64,000 nt of DNA from a virus (IMGVR_UViG_3300032007_004013:1-64000), one strand, 5' to 3'; positions 1-8,796 are shown, counted from the first letter of the stretch. The notes: generated from the letters alone by a model not told the origin. A program made the numbers and translations.

Positions 1-312
1 TCAGGCTTCTTTGTTATAGTTGTCAATCATGTAGTCATCTATAGCGTCTTGCGTTGCAGTTTCCCAATCGCTGCCATAGTTGTCGATGTATTTTCTCTTG
101 AGGTATGCGATTTCATCAAGATGGGATTTGAGCCACTTTACAGGCAGAGGCTTGTAGCCGCTCTCAGTAAACTTTGAACGCCTTCTCCTGATCTCCGCTT
201 TTACGTCTTCGATGTCGCAAAAGTGTTCGTACTCACAATATGCTTGCCGCAGTTCTTCGATTGTGAGTTCGTACTCAACTTCCTCGTTTCCGTTCATTCT
301 TTTGATTATCAT
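1..312 (-). CDS. hypothetical protein
   Basis: 103-aa ORF in dense minus-strand gene array; no recognised motif. Confidence 0.7.
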   Translation of the reverse strand: MIIKRMNGNEEVEYELTIEELRQAYCEYEHFCDIEDVKAEIRRRRSKFTESGYKPLPVKWLKSHLDEIAYLKRKYIDNYGSDWETATQDAIDDYMIDNYNKEA

Positions 313-460
313 ACGATCTTCCTTTCGTCATCTCTTTTACTACAGTAATGGCGGTGAGTCTATCAACTCCTACCGCTTCAAGGCTTCGGAACGCTGTTTC
401 TCTTTCTTTTGCAGTCTTTGCTTTAATCAGATCAGCAAACATATCTGACAGCACGATCAC
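275..460 (-). CDS. hypothetical protein
   Basis: 61-aa ORF, GAGG RBS, 4-nt overlap with upstream gene. Confidence 0.6.
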   Translation of the reverse strand: MIVLSDMFADLIKAKTAKERETAFRSLEAVGVDRLTAITVVKEMTKGRSYDNQKNERKRGS

Positions 461-891
461 ACCTCCTCAAGCAGGAATTTATTGCGCTTGATTATTCTTT
501 CTACAGCAGCTCTTAATTCTTCCTCAGTGTCTGTTATCGTATCTTCTGTGTCGAACTCAAAGTCTTGACATTCATCGCTGTCTCCGTACCGTTCAAGCTT
601 CAATACGAAGTATCTGTTTCCGGCATACTGCTCTTTTTCACAAAACAGGTTCCAATGTTCTCCGAACCAGAAGTTTCCTGTAGCCGCTTCTTCTACGCTT
701 CCGTTTATTTCGTCAGTGGCTTGAGTTACAGTCTTTTCAATCACGATTGATGTGCATGGCTCGTAATCAGCGCATACATACCGAAAATCATCTTTCGCGA
801 TAAGCCCACCCAAATTCGTAAAAGCTCTTAGCGCCATTTGCCGTCTAAAACAGATAAAGGCATGAGAGCAATTCACACAGTCTTTTCCCAT
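457..891 (-). CDS. hypothetical protein, N-terminal CxxC
   Basis: 144-aa ORF with GGAG RBS; CVNC motif. Confidence 0.7.
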   Translation of the reverse strand: MGKDCVNCSHAFICFRRQMALRAFTNLGGLIAKDDFRYVCADYEPCTSIVIEKTVTQATDEINGSVEEAATGNFWFGEHWNLFCEKEQYAGNRYFVLKLERYGDSDECQDFEFDTEDTITDTEEELRAAVERIIKRNKFLLEEV

Positions 892-913
892 AGGTTTCTC
901 CTTCCTGCTACTG

Positions 914-1183
914 TCAAACGCTTTGAAATTCGTAATCGTGTTCCTCTCTGGCGAGGTTCAATACATAAACCAAAGCATTGTATTCGCCATCGACATAGCC
1001 ACAGTCGTACAAGTCATTGCTTCTTTCTTCTTCTCCGTAAAGGTACGGTTTGTTGTCTTCCAATGTTTCTTTGGCGTACTCGATGATATCGTCGAGCTTT
1101 CTGCCGTAGTCACGAACAAGAGCTCTGAGTCTCGTTATTTCTTTTCTGCATTCATCAAGTCTTTCCTCGTCGGTCATTTTCAT
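914..1183 (-). CDS. hypothetical protein
   Basis: 89-aa ORF with RBS; coiled-coil-like N-terminus. Confidence 0.7.
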   Translation of the reverse strand: MKMTDEERLDECRKEITRLRALVRDYGRKLDDIIEYAKETLEDNKPYLYGEEERSNDLYDCGYVDGEYNALVYVLNLAREEHDYEFQSV

Positions 1184-1193
1184 CGCTCCTTAT

Positions 1194-2177
1194 TTATGAG
1201 TTTATTACTTCGTATGACTTAGCAGGTGCGTGTATCTTCTTTACTGTATCTCGCCAAGAAGAGCAGCACATACAGTAAACACCACTTACAGAATAACCAT
1301 CTCCACCATCAGGTAAAGCCGATCTGATGAATCGTACCGGGACGCGTACATCTTTTTCAAGTTCAATCTCAAACATAGATCCGCCGCCATTCCAAGGATC
1401 ATACAGACCTGTTTCTGCCGTCTTGTCGATGACTATATATCCGCAATACGGTTTCTTTGTCGCGTCGTAGAAAACGCCATCTCTATCTTGCAGCCTGATA
1501 AGTTCATTGAGTTCGATTAGATCTCTCAATGTCATTTTTGCAAGAAACGTAAGCGTAGCCATTTGGGATGGAAGGTTTGCGATCTCGCATCGCATTGACT
1601 CCAAAAAGCACTTCGAGTTTCCGTAAGCGCCTTTGTCCATCGCCTTTCTGAATTGTATCTTGTTATATCCTTGCTGCTTCGCAAGCCACACAATGCTCGC
1701 ATTGTCATCGTGAGCTCGTCCCGGCTCACTCGCCCAATGCGGATAAACCGAATTGAGCGTGTAATCGAAGTTGCCGTCTCCTGTGTCGAGCATAATGTTT
1801 ACGCAGAACTCTTGATCGAGGAAGTGGTCTCTCGGTAAGTCAAAATCTATGCACTCTTTCACATACTCGTAAACTTCAAGATCATCAAGCTCCGAATACT
1901 CTTCTTCGGATAGGATGTCTCCCAACTTATCTATGACGCGATCAGACAATTCATTTTCGTACATCAATCTCTGCTCTGAGTAGCAGTCGAGGAGGAGTTC
2001 TTCAAATTCCATAGCCGGATCTTCTGATATCAGAATCTTAATCGCTGTGTTGTTATCCATTTCGTCGCGGTAATCTGCTTCCATTTCGTATACGAGAAAT
2101 CCGTCTTCGTGTCTGGACAACCATCCATATTCATCTTCGACGATTCGCTCGATCTCTCGTTTGATTGACTCTTTCAT
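1194..2177 (-). CDS. hypothetical acidic protein
   Basis: 327-aa ORF with GGAGG RBS. Confidence 0.8.
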   Translation of the reverse strand: MKESIKREIERIVEDEYGWLSRHEDGFLVYEMEADYRDEMDNNTAIKILISEDPAMEFEELLLDCYSEQRLMYENELSDRVIDKLGDILSEEEYSELDDLEVYEYVKECIDFDLPRDHFLDQEFCVNIMLDTGDGNFDYTLNSVYPHWASEPGRAHDDNASIVWLAKQQGYNKIQFRKAMDKGAYGNSKCFLESMRCEIANLPSQMATLTFLAKMTLRDLIELNELIRLQDRDGVFYDATKKPYCGYIVIDKTAETGLYDPWNGGGSMFEIELEKDVRVPVRFIRSALPDGGDGYSVSGVYCMCCSSWRDTVKKIHAPAKSYEVINS

Positions 2178-2193
2178 ACTTCACCTCCATAAT

Positions 2194-2394
2194 TTATATG
2201 GTCGCGTATACAAAAAGCGTTTTGCGCTCGCTTTCATTGATAAGTCCAGCGTCTCTTAAACCGTTTGTATAACCGTATATCTGTGCGCGAACTTCATATT
2301 TATTGAGCGCTTCGTTTTTGTAGTCTTTTCGTAAGTCATCTATCTTCCATCTTACGATTTTTGGCATCTTTTCAAGCACTTCTCTTGTAGTCAT
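2194..2394 (-). CDS. hypothetical protein
   Basis: 66-aa ORF with AGGAG RBS. Confidence 0.7.
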   Translation of the reverse strand: MTTREVLEKMPKIVRWKIDDLRKDYKNEALNKYEVRAQIYGYTNGLRDAGLINESERKTLFVYATI

Positions 2395-2466
2395 AGTCTG
2401 CTCCTTTCTTGTATACTATCGCCACCTGATGGTTGTCGTGCTGGCAGTGCGTTTTTGAAGCGTTGG

Positions 2467-2730
2467 CTATCTTCCGTCGATCACTGCAATCATCTTTTCT
2501 ATATCTTCGTTAGTTTCTTTCCAGAACTTCGCCATATGCGCTGCTTTATTGAACGCACACGTTCCGTCTTTATTGGTTTCGAGCGCAAGCTTTTCGTACG
2601 CTGTACGTTCCCCTTCTCTGAATGAGGTGGAAATGAGAAGGTAGGTAGTCAGCTTGCTCCACTGATCTCTTGTCATCGTTACTGTCTTTTCCTCTTTTTT
2701 CCAAGCTTCAATTTCTTCCATGCTTACCAT
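2467..2730 (-). CDS. hypothetical protein
   Basis: 87-aa ORF; RBS lies immediately 3' of a hammerhead ribozyme. Confidence 0.7.
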   Translation of the reverse strand: MVSMEEIEAWKKEEKTVTMTRDQWSKLTTYLLISTSFREGERTAYEKLALETNKDGTCAFNKAAHMAKFWKETNEDIEKMIAVIDGR

Positions 2731-2745
2731 AATATTTTCCTTTCT

Positions 2746-2807
2746 CGCCTGCCATCATCAGCACCGGGAGGCGGTCCCACGGTGGACGCCCTTTCGGGCG
2801 TTTCGAC
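2746..2807 (-). ncRNA. Type II hammerhead ribozyme (copy 1)
   Basis: Minus strand reads GUC-GAAAC-GCCC(GAAA)GGGC-GUC^-CACC-GU-GGGA(CCGCC)UCCC-GGUG-CUGAUGA-U-GGC-AGGCG. It has the full catalytic core, stems I-III, and a loop-I/3' tail pseudoknot (CGCC:GGCG). Predicted cleavage between 2785 and 2784. Confidence 0.9.
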
Positions 2808-3296
2808 TTATTCAGGAAATCCTACGTATTCGCCTGTTTTCATGTTGGTGTGCCATCTCACTTTAGTGTAATATCCTGAGTAAGCTCCTGCCAATCCGGA
2901 GCCGCATGGAATCCATTTTGTCCATACAGGTATTCTGCGTTTGTCTTCAGACCAGCCTGTTTTCTTGCACAACGCTTTGACTGAACTTGCGTAAATTCCG
3001 CGAGCAGTGATTCTGTTTCCGTACCTTGTCTGAACCCAGCGAGCGCCTACATCTTTGCCATCCTCGTCGATGATTACATCTCTTTCCTCGCAACCATCTC
3101 CGCTGAGTATTTCAAGTTGGAGCTTCGCTTCTTGAATGGACGTTCGTTCGATCTTGTCCGAGAGGAAGCAGTCATCCATGTCCGTCATTCCGAGAGCAAT
3201 TCTTTCTGCTCTGTTTCTGAGCAACTCTTCGTAATGCTCGATCTTCTTTTTGATGCTTTCGATAAGCTCTGTTCCGAATAACTTAGTCGTTTTCAT
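2808..3296 (-). CDS. hypothetical protein
   Basis: ORF track 2808..3341; start trimmed to MKTTKLF after a GGAGG RBS. Confidence 0.75.
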   Translation of the reverse strand: MKTTKLFGTELIESIKKKIEHYEELLRNRAERIALGMTDMDDCFLSDKIERTSIQEAKLQLEILSGDGCEERDVIIDEDGKDVGARWVQTRYGNRITARGIYASSVKALCKKTGWSEDKRRIPVWTKWIPCGSGLAGAYSGYYTKVRWHTNMKTGEYVGFPE

Positions 3297-3309
3297 TTCT
3301 TTGCCCTCC

Positions 3310-3480
3310 TTAGCTCGTTTTGATGAAATAGTAGTATTCACCTTCAGTGGAGAAATCCTTGTCGATCTCGTAGCATTGAGCTATCTTGCGAACGGCTTCT
3401 TTCTCTGAATTGAACTGTCCAATGAGATACTCTTTTCCGCTGTCAATGTGCCGGGAATATACACAAAACAACATATTCAT
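3310..3480 (-). CDS. small hypothetical protein (56 aa, not in ORF track)
   Basis: Read manually: MNMLFCVYSRHIDSGKEY...YYYFIKTS, GGAGG RBS, fills the gap between neighbours. Confidence 0.6.
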   Translation of the reverse strand: MNMLFCVYSRHIDSGKEYLIGQFNSEKEAVRKIAQCYEIDKDFSTEGEYYYFIKTS

Positions 3481-3488
3481 ACCTCCTA

Positions 3489-3791
3489 TCAGAATTTATA
3501 GTCAGCGATCGCTGCTGCTTTTTTGATTTCCAATGCGAGCCGCTTGCATTGTGTGATTTGCTTTGCGCTCAGCGTCCAACCTTTCTGGACGTAGTATGCA
3601 AACGAGTAGATATACGCGTAGCCTTTGAATGTATAAAGGGGAGCTGTCCTGCTTTTCGGAATGTAGATGGATTTCAATGCTTGAATCAGTTGGTCTTCGT
3701 TTTCAAAAACATCTGTCCATTTTACGCGTCCCTTGAAGAAGTAGTCGCTTTCGATTCTGTTACAGGTCATCTGAGCTTCGTGAAGTTTCAT
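3489..3791 (-). CDS. hypothetical protein
   Basis: 100-aa ORF, GGAGG RBS, first gene after repeated promoter cassette. Confidence 0.75.
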   Translation of the reverse strand: MKLHEAQMTCNRIESDYFFKGRVKWTDVFENEDQLIQALKSIYIPKSRTAPLYTFKGYAYIYSFAYYVQKGWTLSAKQITQCKRLALEIKKAAAIADYKF

Positions 3792-3867
3792 TTTCGTTTC
3801 CTCCTTGAAATCTGTGTTACTGATATGTTTGTTTATTATGGTTATATCTTACCACATAGTAACTTCT
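3786..3867. repeat. Direct repeat of promoter/5'UTR/RBS/start cassette (copy A; copy B at 9348..9429)
   Basis: 82 bp with one mismatch (3825 versus 9387), then about 40 bp of imperfect similarity. Confidence 0.92.
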
Positions 3868-3875
3868 GCCGTCAA
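3846..3875 (-). promoter_or_regulatory. sigma70-type early promoter
   Basis: TTGACG-N18-TAAGAT with TGTGG before the -10; same motif recurs at about 9.4, 17.1, 19.8 and 55.3 kb. Confidence 0.8.
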
Positions 3876-3946
3876 GCGTTTTTGGAAATTTCCAGAAAAT
3901 ATTTTCACAAATTAACCAATGTGCAAACATCAAGGAGGAACACGTT

Positions 3947-4138
3947 TTAATCTTCGTCGAGATCGAGGTAGTCAACGCAACAGTGTATGCATCCTCTCGC
4001 TTTGTAAGTTCCACCGAAGTGTACGTTGAGCTTATGATAAACAGGACAATCCAAACAGTCGAAAGAGCAAATGAGCCGTGCGATAAAAAGAGCTGCCTCT
4101 TCTTTCGACATGTCTTTTAACTTCTCAAACGTATTCAT
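3947..4138 (-). CDS. small Cys-rich hypothetical protein
   Basis: 63 aa with CxxC motifs; GGAGG RBS. Confidence 0.65.
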   Translation of the reverse strand: MNTFEKLKDMSKEEAALFIARLICSFDCLDCPVYHKLNVHFGGTYKARGCIHCCVDYLDLDED

Positions 4139-4149
4139 TTCACCACCTC

Positions 4150-4797
4150 CTACAATTTGTACGTTTTGTTCTTCTTTCTGCCGCTTCCTTTGGAATACTC
4201 CTCAATCCAAACAACCTTGCCGCTTTTGTAATGCCGGAAATGACCTCTTACAGTGAATGTTCCTTGAGGACTCTTATGTGAGCCTTGTTTTACGATGTGA
4301 GCTTCGTTTCCGCTGCGTTTAAGGATATATGTTATGCCTTTGGTTTTTCGCGTCTTAGAGGGCTTTTTGAACGATTCATTCTTCTTGCCGGACTTAGTTT
4401 GGCGAGATTCTTTTTCGGTATCTCCTCCAAACGATAACAACGCCATCAAGGATGCGTAAACTGTTACAACAGACTGCACATCATCCTTGCCGTATATGTT
4501 CGTGCTGCTTTTAACAAGCCTGTACATACCAAACGGTAGGATTTCAAATGTCATCTTGCCTTTGCTTTTGCCTTGCTGTGTTATGGAAACATCAAGCTGT
4601 CTTTCGTTCCTTATGCAGGTGAGCGTGATCCCGACGTCGGCAGCGATGATCTTTAGCTTTTTGAGCGGACAAGTCGAGGTTCTTACGAAGTCTTGGTTAT
4701 TATCTCGCCACTCAAACAGGAAGTTCATATCGTCGTTCTTCAGAACAACTTTATCCATTTTCTTTCCTCTTTTCTCTGTATTCGTACAAAGCGTCAA
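4150..4797 (-). CDS. conserved phage hypothetical protein (VRGHFR motif)
   Basis: C-terminal basic VRGHFRHYKSGKVVWI motif typical of phage hypotheticals; true start probably MDKVV at 4758. Confidence 0.7.
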   Translation of the reverse strand: MTLCTNTEKRGKKMDKVVLKNDDMNFLFEWRDNNQDFVRTSTCPLKKLKIIAADVGITLTCIRNERQLDVSITQQGKSKGKMTFEILPFGMYRLVKSSTNIYGKDDVQSVVTVYASLMALLSFGGDTEKESRQTKSGKKNESFKKPSKTRKTKGITYILKRSGNEAHIVKQGSHKSPQGTFTVRGHFRHYKSGKVVWIEEYSKGSGRKKNKTYKL

Positions 4798-5155
4798 TCA
4801 GCTTCCTTTTCTTTGCTTTTGGAATCGAATCTCTGTTAATCACACCTCTTCTAACATAGGTGTCGAGTACGCGTCTCTTGTTCTCAAACTCTACATAATA
4901 CTCAACATATTCATTCCAAGAGTTATCGAGTTTCGGCAAGATGTCTTTCATTTCTTTGATGATTTCATCTGCTCTTTTTTTCGATTTCGTGCCGCTCAAA
5001 GTGTCCATTCCTTTCTTTTGCGCTCTAAAAGCCTTTTTCTTTCCAATAGTCATCGAAACAGAACGCGCAGTCGTACATAGGTTTTCCGGTGATCTGGTCT
5101 CGAAAAATAGGGCAGTGCCATGTTCTTGCAAAGCCGTTCTCTTTGCACCACTCAT
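4751..5155 (-). CDS. hypothetical protein, paralogue of 5981..6418
   Basis: Shares the W(N)xY...ENK...RG.I....IPK....KL...L.EYRE pattern; true start is downstream of 5155 and uncertain. Confidence 0.6.
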   Translation of the reverse strand: MSGAKRTALQEHGTALFFETRSPENLCTTARSVSMTIGKKKAFRAQKKGMDTLSGTKSKKRADEIIKEMKDILPKLDNSWNEYVEYYVEFENKRRVLDTYVRRGVINRDSIPKAKKRKLIDALYEYREKRKENG

Positions 5156-5297
5156 TGATAACTTTGGTCGTCAGCGGTGTTACATACACATACAAGTCTG
5201 ATTCGTGACTATCCATTTCCTCTCTCGGATATCCAGCTTTGAGGAGTCTGCTCATAAGACTCGGATTCAAAATAGAATTTGTATCAGTCACTATCAT
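5025..5297 (-). CDS. hypothetical protein
   Basis: 90-aa ORF with HESDLY motif. Confidence 0.65.
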   Translation of the reverse strand: MIVTDTNSILNPSLMSRLLKAGYPREEMDSHESDLYVYVTPLTTKVINEWCKENGFARTWHCPIFRDQITGKPMYDCAFCFDDYWKEKGF

Positions 5298-5532
5298 CCA
5301 CCAACTTTCCGTCGCTGCAATAGCTTTCAGGATGTGTTACTCTTCCTCCGTGGAAAGCGCATGCAAATTCTCCGAGCAAAGTGGAGCAATATCTGCATTC
5401 TTTACATCTGACTATTTCAACGCTTTCAAACGTTGTGAGTTTTTCTACTATGCAGCAAAACTGTGCAAAGTCGTTCGGGTTATTGGTTGAGTAGTAGCTC
5501 GTGGCTTCTTCAAGATTTACGTATCGTGCCAT
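5284..5532 (-). CDS. Cys-rich phage hypothetical protein
   Basis: VRCKECRYC...C...YCSDG pattern common in Bacillota phages. Confidence 0.7.
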   Translation of the reverse strand: MARYVNLEEATSYYSTNNPNDFAQFCCIVEKLTTFESVEIVRCKECRYCSTLLGEFACAFHGGRVTHPESYCSDGKLVDDSD

Positions 5533-5770
5533 TCTTTTTCGCTCTCCTTTTCATTGTCTCGATTTCTTCTTTGCTTCTGCCGTATGTCTTGTCTGTTTTG
5601 CGCTTGTTTGCGACTATCTTGCGTGTGCTTTCTCTTTTGTCTTCTCGCTGCTTAATCAGCTTGTCGGTGAGTTTTTTCAACTCTTTTGCTTCGTGAGCAG
5701 TACATGCAAACAATTCGAGATGATTGCCGAGGTTCACGAGAAATTGCAGTTCACTGTTGTTGATGTTCAT
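5510..5770 (-). CDS. hypothetical basic protein
   Basis: 86-aa ORF with AGGAG RBS. Confidence 0.65.
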   Translation of the reverse strand: MNINNSELQFLVNLGNHLELFACTAHEAKELKKLTDKLIKQREDKRESTRKIVANKRKTDKTYGRSKEEIETMKRRAKKNGTIRKS

Positions 5771-5788
5771 TCGTTTTCTCCTTTCGTA

Positions 5789-5980
5789 TTACATCGCGTT
5801 AATTCGTTCTCTCTTCTTAACGAGTTTTGCCGGGTATTGAGGGCAGTTCTCTCTGTACTCTCTTAGCCTTTGCTTTGCTTCTGAATACGAGTATTCGCAC
5901 AGTTCGTATTCATATCCGTAGCCGCAGCAGTAGTCAACGTGAAGTTCCCACACGTCTCTTGTCTTTCTAACGTATGCCAT
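5789..5980 (-). CDS. hypothetical protein
   Basis: 63-aa ORF directly abutting upstream stop. Confidence 0.65.
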   Translation of the reverse strand: MAYVRKTRDVWELHVDYCCGYGYEYELCEYSYSEAKQRLREYRENCPQYPAKLVKKRERINAM

Positions 5981-6328
5981 TTACTTTTCTCCTTTCGTTT
6001 CTTCTCTGTATTCTCTTAGCTTATCAGCAAGCTTCGGTTTTACGATTTTCGGAATTTCATCATCAGTGATGATTCCTCTTTTCTTGTACTGCCGCAACAG
6101 CTGCATCTTGTTTTCGACAACTGCATACTGTCTTGCGTAGCCGTTCCACATAGCAAGCATAACTTCTTGGTCCTGCTTAACTTGTTCGATGTATTCAAGC
6201 GCCGTTCTGCGAGCTTTTGTGTCCGGATGGGAAAACTTAGACTTTCCGCATAGTGGGCAGAACTTAGGTTCTATGCTGCTACTAAAAACATGGCTGCATG
6301 AGCAGCACATATACTTTCTAAGAACCAT
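5981..6328 (-). CDS. zinc-ribbon hypothetical protein
   Basis: CxxC...CPLCG; start trimmed from 6418 to MVLRKY after AGGAG. Confidence 0.7.
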   Translation of the reverse strand: MVLRKYMCCSCSHVFSSSIEPKFCPLCGKSKFSHPDTKARRTALEYIEQVKQDQEVMLAMWNGYARQYAVVENKMQLLRQYKKRGIITDDEIPKIVKPKLADKLREYREETKGEK

Positions 6329-6578
6329 CGTCTGTCTCCTTTCTGGTTCTGAAGCAACGTGACGTTCCGTCATCGTGCTCTTGCCAATCACAACTACTGC
6401 AATTTTCGTTAAGCCCATCTTCTGCGTGAATACATTCGTCGCAGAGCATCATTTGCTCTCCACATACAGGGCAGAAGGCACGATATCCTAAATCGTTTAC
6501 GTCCCATATCATTGTGATTTCATGCTCACAATTAGGGCAAACTTCTGTTACTGAGTGATTTTCAAACATCAGGTACAC
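6318..6578 (-). CDS. Cys-rich hypothetical protein
   Basis: CPNC, CPVC, CDEC motifs. Confidence 0.7.
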   Translation of the reverse strand: MYLMFENHSVTEVCPNCEHEITMIWDVNDLGYRAFCPVCGEQMMLCDECIHAEDGLNENCSSCDWQEHDDGTSRCFRTRKETDDGS

Positions 6579-6858
6579 GCTCCTTGCTATATTGGATTGT
6601 CCCTTTTTCTACTGCGTCGTTGTACGCTTCTTTGATTTCTTCGTATTCGCAGTATTCGTCAAGATTCATCCATTGACCTTTTGCGATCACTGTTCCGCCG
6701 AGAACGTCTTTGATGAAATCTCCGTACATCTCTACGCGTATATCGAAATACTCATTGCCGAGGGGACGAACGCTCGTGAATGAGATCACGCTTCTTCTTT
6801 GCTGGATAAGAGCATCCTTGATAACCATTCTACGCAACCTCCTCGGTTTCTTCGTCAT
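6562..6858 (-). CDS. hypothetical protein
   Basis: ORF in array; likely start MVIKD at 6828. Confidence 0.6.
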   Translation of the reverse strand: MTKKPRRLRRMVIKDALIQQRRSVISFTSVRPLGNEYFDIRVEMYGDFIKDVLGGTVIAKGQWMNLDEYCEYEEIKEAYNDAVEKGTIQYSKERVPDV

Positions 6859-7378
6859 GCCATTTCAATCCGCGAGCCTTGTAGAGAGGAATCCAGTGGC
6901 TTTCATAGAAGTCGTAGCCTGCTCCGTCGATTCCGAAGAAGTAGCCAAACTCATAACTTTCGTAGATTCTGAACCCACAGTCAGCCATCGCTCTTAATCC
7001 ATCCATGTGTTCGAGCCAATAATCATCGCAGCTGTCGTCGAACTGCCACATTGTTCCCCACATAGGCAGAACAGAATCTCTTTCAACCTCGAAATCTCCA
7101 TCATCACACTCAATGATTCTTTCTTCGTCGTCATTGCTATTTCTGCCGCGGTCAAGCTCAACGGTATATGTTTCGTCATCGCCGTTGTAGCATACGATGG
7201 TGCCGTATTTGTCTTCAGAAAAAACATACACTCTGTCATATTTTGCAGGCGGTGTGATTTCAGACCAATCACAAGGGTCATCGTTATACAGCTTTTCAAT
7301 CATTCCATAAGGGAAAGCGTTGAATTCTCGTACCCACTCGTGAGCCGCTTCGTTGATAGTTGTCAGTTTCTTAGTCAT
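6830..7378 (-). CDS. conserved Trp/Gly-rich phage hypothetical protein
   Basis: 182 aa; PMWGTMW...FGIDGAGYDFY..HW.PLY pattern. Confidence 0.75.
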   Translation of the reverse strand: MTKKLTTINEAAHEWVREFNAFPYGMIEKLYNDDPCDWSEITPPAKYDRVYVFSEDKYGTIVCYNGDDETYTVELDRGRNSNDDEERIIECDDGDFEVERDSVLPMWGTMWQFDDSCDDYWLEHMDGLRAMADCGFRIYESYEFGYFFGIDGAGYDFYESHWIPLYKARGLKWHDEETEEVA

Positions 7379-7658
7379 TGATTACACTCCTTAAATATTC
7401 ACCATAGTTCGTGAGAAATCCAAGCGGAACTACAGGTCTTTTTTCTCCTCTCATTTCGATAACGGCGGCGGTTCCGTATGTCATGTGCGGATAGTAGATG
7501 CTGTCATTGCAGAGGATTCCGATGAACGTGCAGCCATCGCTGTCGTTATCGTAAGCTTTCTTACAGGTGTCATCAACGAGCACCCAAACGCCTTCTCCGT
7601 TTCCGTCCTTGTAATCGTTTTCTGTTTCAGGCAAATTCACCTTAATGTAGTAGAGCAT
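7371..7658 (-). CDS. hypothetical protein
   Basis: 95-aa ORF with GGAG RBS. Confidence 0.7.
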   Translation of the reverse strand: MLYYIKVNLPETENDYKDGNGEGVWVLVDDTCKKAYDNDSDGCTFIGILCNDSIYYPHMTYGTAAVIEMRGEKRPVVPLGFLTNYGEYLRSVIND

Positions 7659-7672
7659 ATTCTATTCTCCTT

Positions 7673-8098
7673 TCAAAATAACGCGTAGTTGTTGAGGAAG
7701 ACGAAGTCAGGGTGAACGTCGAGCATTATGTTCAGGTAGAGATACCACTCTCCGTCTCCGAGGTTTTCGATACTCCAACAATATCCGTTTTCGTCCATCT
7801 TATCGCTTTTGAGGAAGCCGGTTTCATCCCAAGAAACGATCTTGCTGAAAACGATTTTCTCAAATTCGGTGTAGCAGATTTCAAGTGCTTTAAGCTGCTG
7901 AAAGAATCTTTTTACAGCCGTTTTCGATGACACGCATTTCGTGTGCAAATCCGCACAAACAGCTTTTTCGCCAACTACGATAAGCACGGTGTCTTCCGGG
8001 TAGTATTCATCTATGCTTGCGTCGTTGCGAATCAATCTTTCAGAAAGCTCATTGAAGCGCTCAAAGCTAAGAACTCTTGTCTTTTTCATTGATTTCAC
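7673..8098 (-). CDS. hypothetical protein
   Basis: 141-aa ORF with GGAGG RBS. Confidence 0.7.
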   Translation of the reverse strand: MKSMKKTRVLSFERFNELSERLIRNDASIDEYYPEDTVLIVVGEKAVCADLHTKCVSSKTAVKRFFQQLKALEICYTEFEKIVFSKIVSWDETGFLKSDKMDENGYCWSIENLGDGEWYLYLNIMLDVHPDFVFLNNYALF

Positions 8099-8101
8099 CT
8101 C

Positions 8102-8281
8102 CTACAAGTTGACAACTTCAAATTCGTAGTCGTCGGTGTTTACTGTTGTGTAAAACTCAACAACTGTTCCTTCGCCGAATGTTGTGATAGCAGCTTTCTC
8201 AGCTTCTTCTTTTGATTCGCTGTGGTCGTCAAACCATACATCGCCGTCTGCTGTTGTTATCTTCCAAACCTGTAACTTCAT
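8102..8281 (-). CDS. small hypothetical protein (59 aa, not in ORF track)
   Basis: Read manually: MKLQVWKITTADGDVWFDD...EFEVVNL, GGAGG RBS. Confidence 0.6.
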   Translation of the reverse strand: MKLQVWKITTADGDVWFDDHSESKEEAEKAAITTFGEGTVVEFYTTVNTDDYEFEVVNL

Positions 8282-8293
8282 AACAGTTCCTCC

Positions 8294-8554
8294 TTAATCT
8301 GAATCGGTTGTGTGGTCGCACGAATCTCTGATGTCGTGCAAGAATATATCTCGCCAGCCTATTTCTGTAACCTTCCATCCATTTCGCTCAAGACCTTTCC
8401 GCACGAAGTCGATAGCTTGTTCTCCGGAATAAGCAGCTAAGTATCTCTCGGTTGTTTCGCGCTGGGTAACTGTCTTACCATCAAAACCTCTTACTGATTC
8501 TCTTTCAATATCAGCGATAACCTTATAAATATACATCGTAATGCCTCCTATCAA
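8294..8554 (-). CDS. hypothetical protein
   Basis: ORF directly 3' of hammerhead copy 2; likely start MYIYK at 8536 after GGAGG. Confidence 0.65.
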   Translation of the reverse strand: MIGGITMYIYKVIADIERESVRGFDGKTVTQRETTERYLAAYSGEQAIDFVRKGLERNGWKVTEIGWRDIFLHDIRDSCDHTTDSD

Positions 8555-8557
8555 TAT

Positions 8558-8618
8558 GCCCTGTCATCATCAGATCGGGTGGGGCGGTTCCCGATGACGG
8601 GCTTGCGCCCGTTTCGAC
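8558..8618 (-). ncRNA. Type II hammerhead ribozyme (copy 2)
   Basis: Minus strand reads GUC-GAAAC-GGGC(GCAA)GCCC-GUC^-AUCGGG(AACCGCCCCA)CCCGAU-CUGAUGA-U-GAC-AGGGC. All stems are compensatorily different from copy 1; pseudoknot GCCC:GGGC. Predicted cleavage between 8596 and 8595. Confidence 0.9.
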
Positions 8619-8794
8619 TATTTGATTCTGCTGACTTTGTGGTATTCGCCGTTGCTGAAATAACCGTTTATCTGATCGCTCTTGAATCTCAAGCAGTCAT
8701 CTATTGTCAATCCCTCATACATCGTTACGGTAACAAGGGCAACGAGTCCGAAGGTGAACGTGACTTCCAAAGATTTCTCTTCTGTCGCTTTCAC
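8618..8794 (-). CDS. small hypothetical protein (58 aa, GTG start, not in ORF track)
   Basis: Read manually: MKATEEKSLEVTFTFG...HKVSRIK; GAGGAG RBS. Confidence 0.55.
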   Translation of the reverse strand: MKATEEKSLEVTFTFGLVALVTVTMYEGLTIDDCLRFKSDQINGYFSNGEYHKVSRIK

Positions 8795-8796
8795 TT

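Noticed and set aside
2401-2466. Third ribozyme in this intergenic gap
   Set aside because: A short GCCA/TGGC closing stem is present, but I could not fit hammerhead, twister, pistol or HDV cores; an Infernal scan would be needed.
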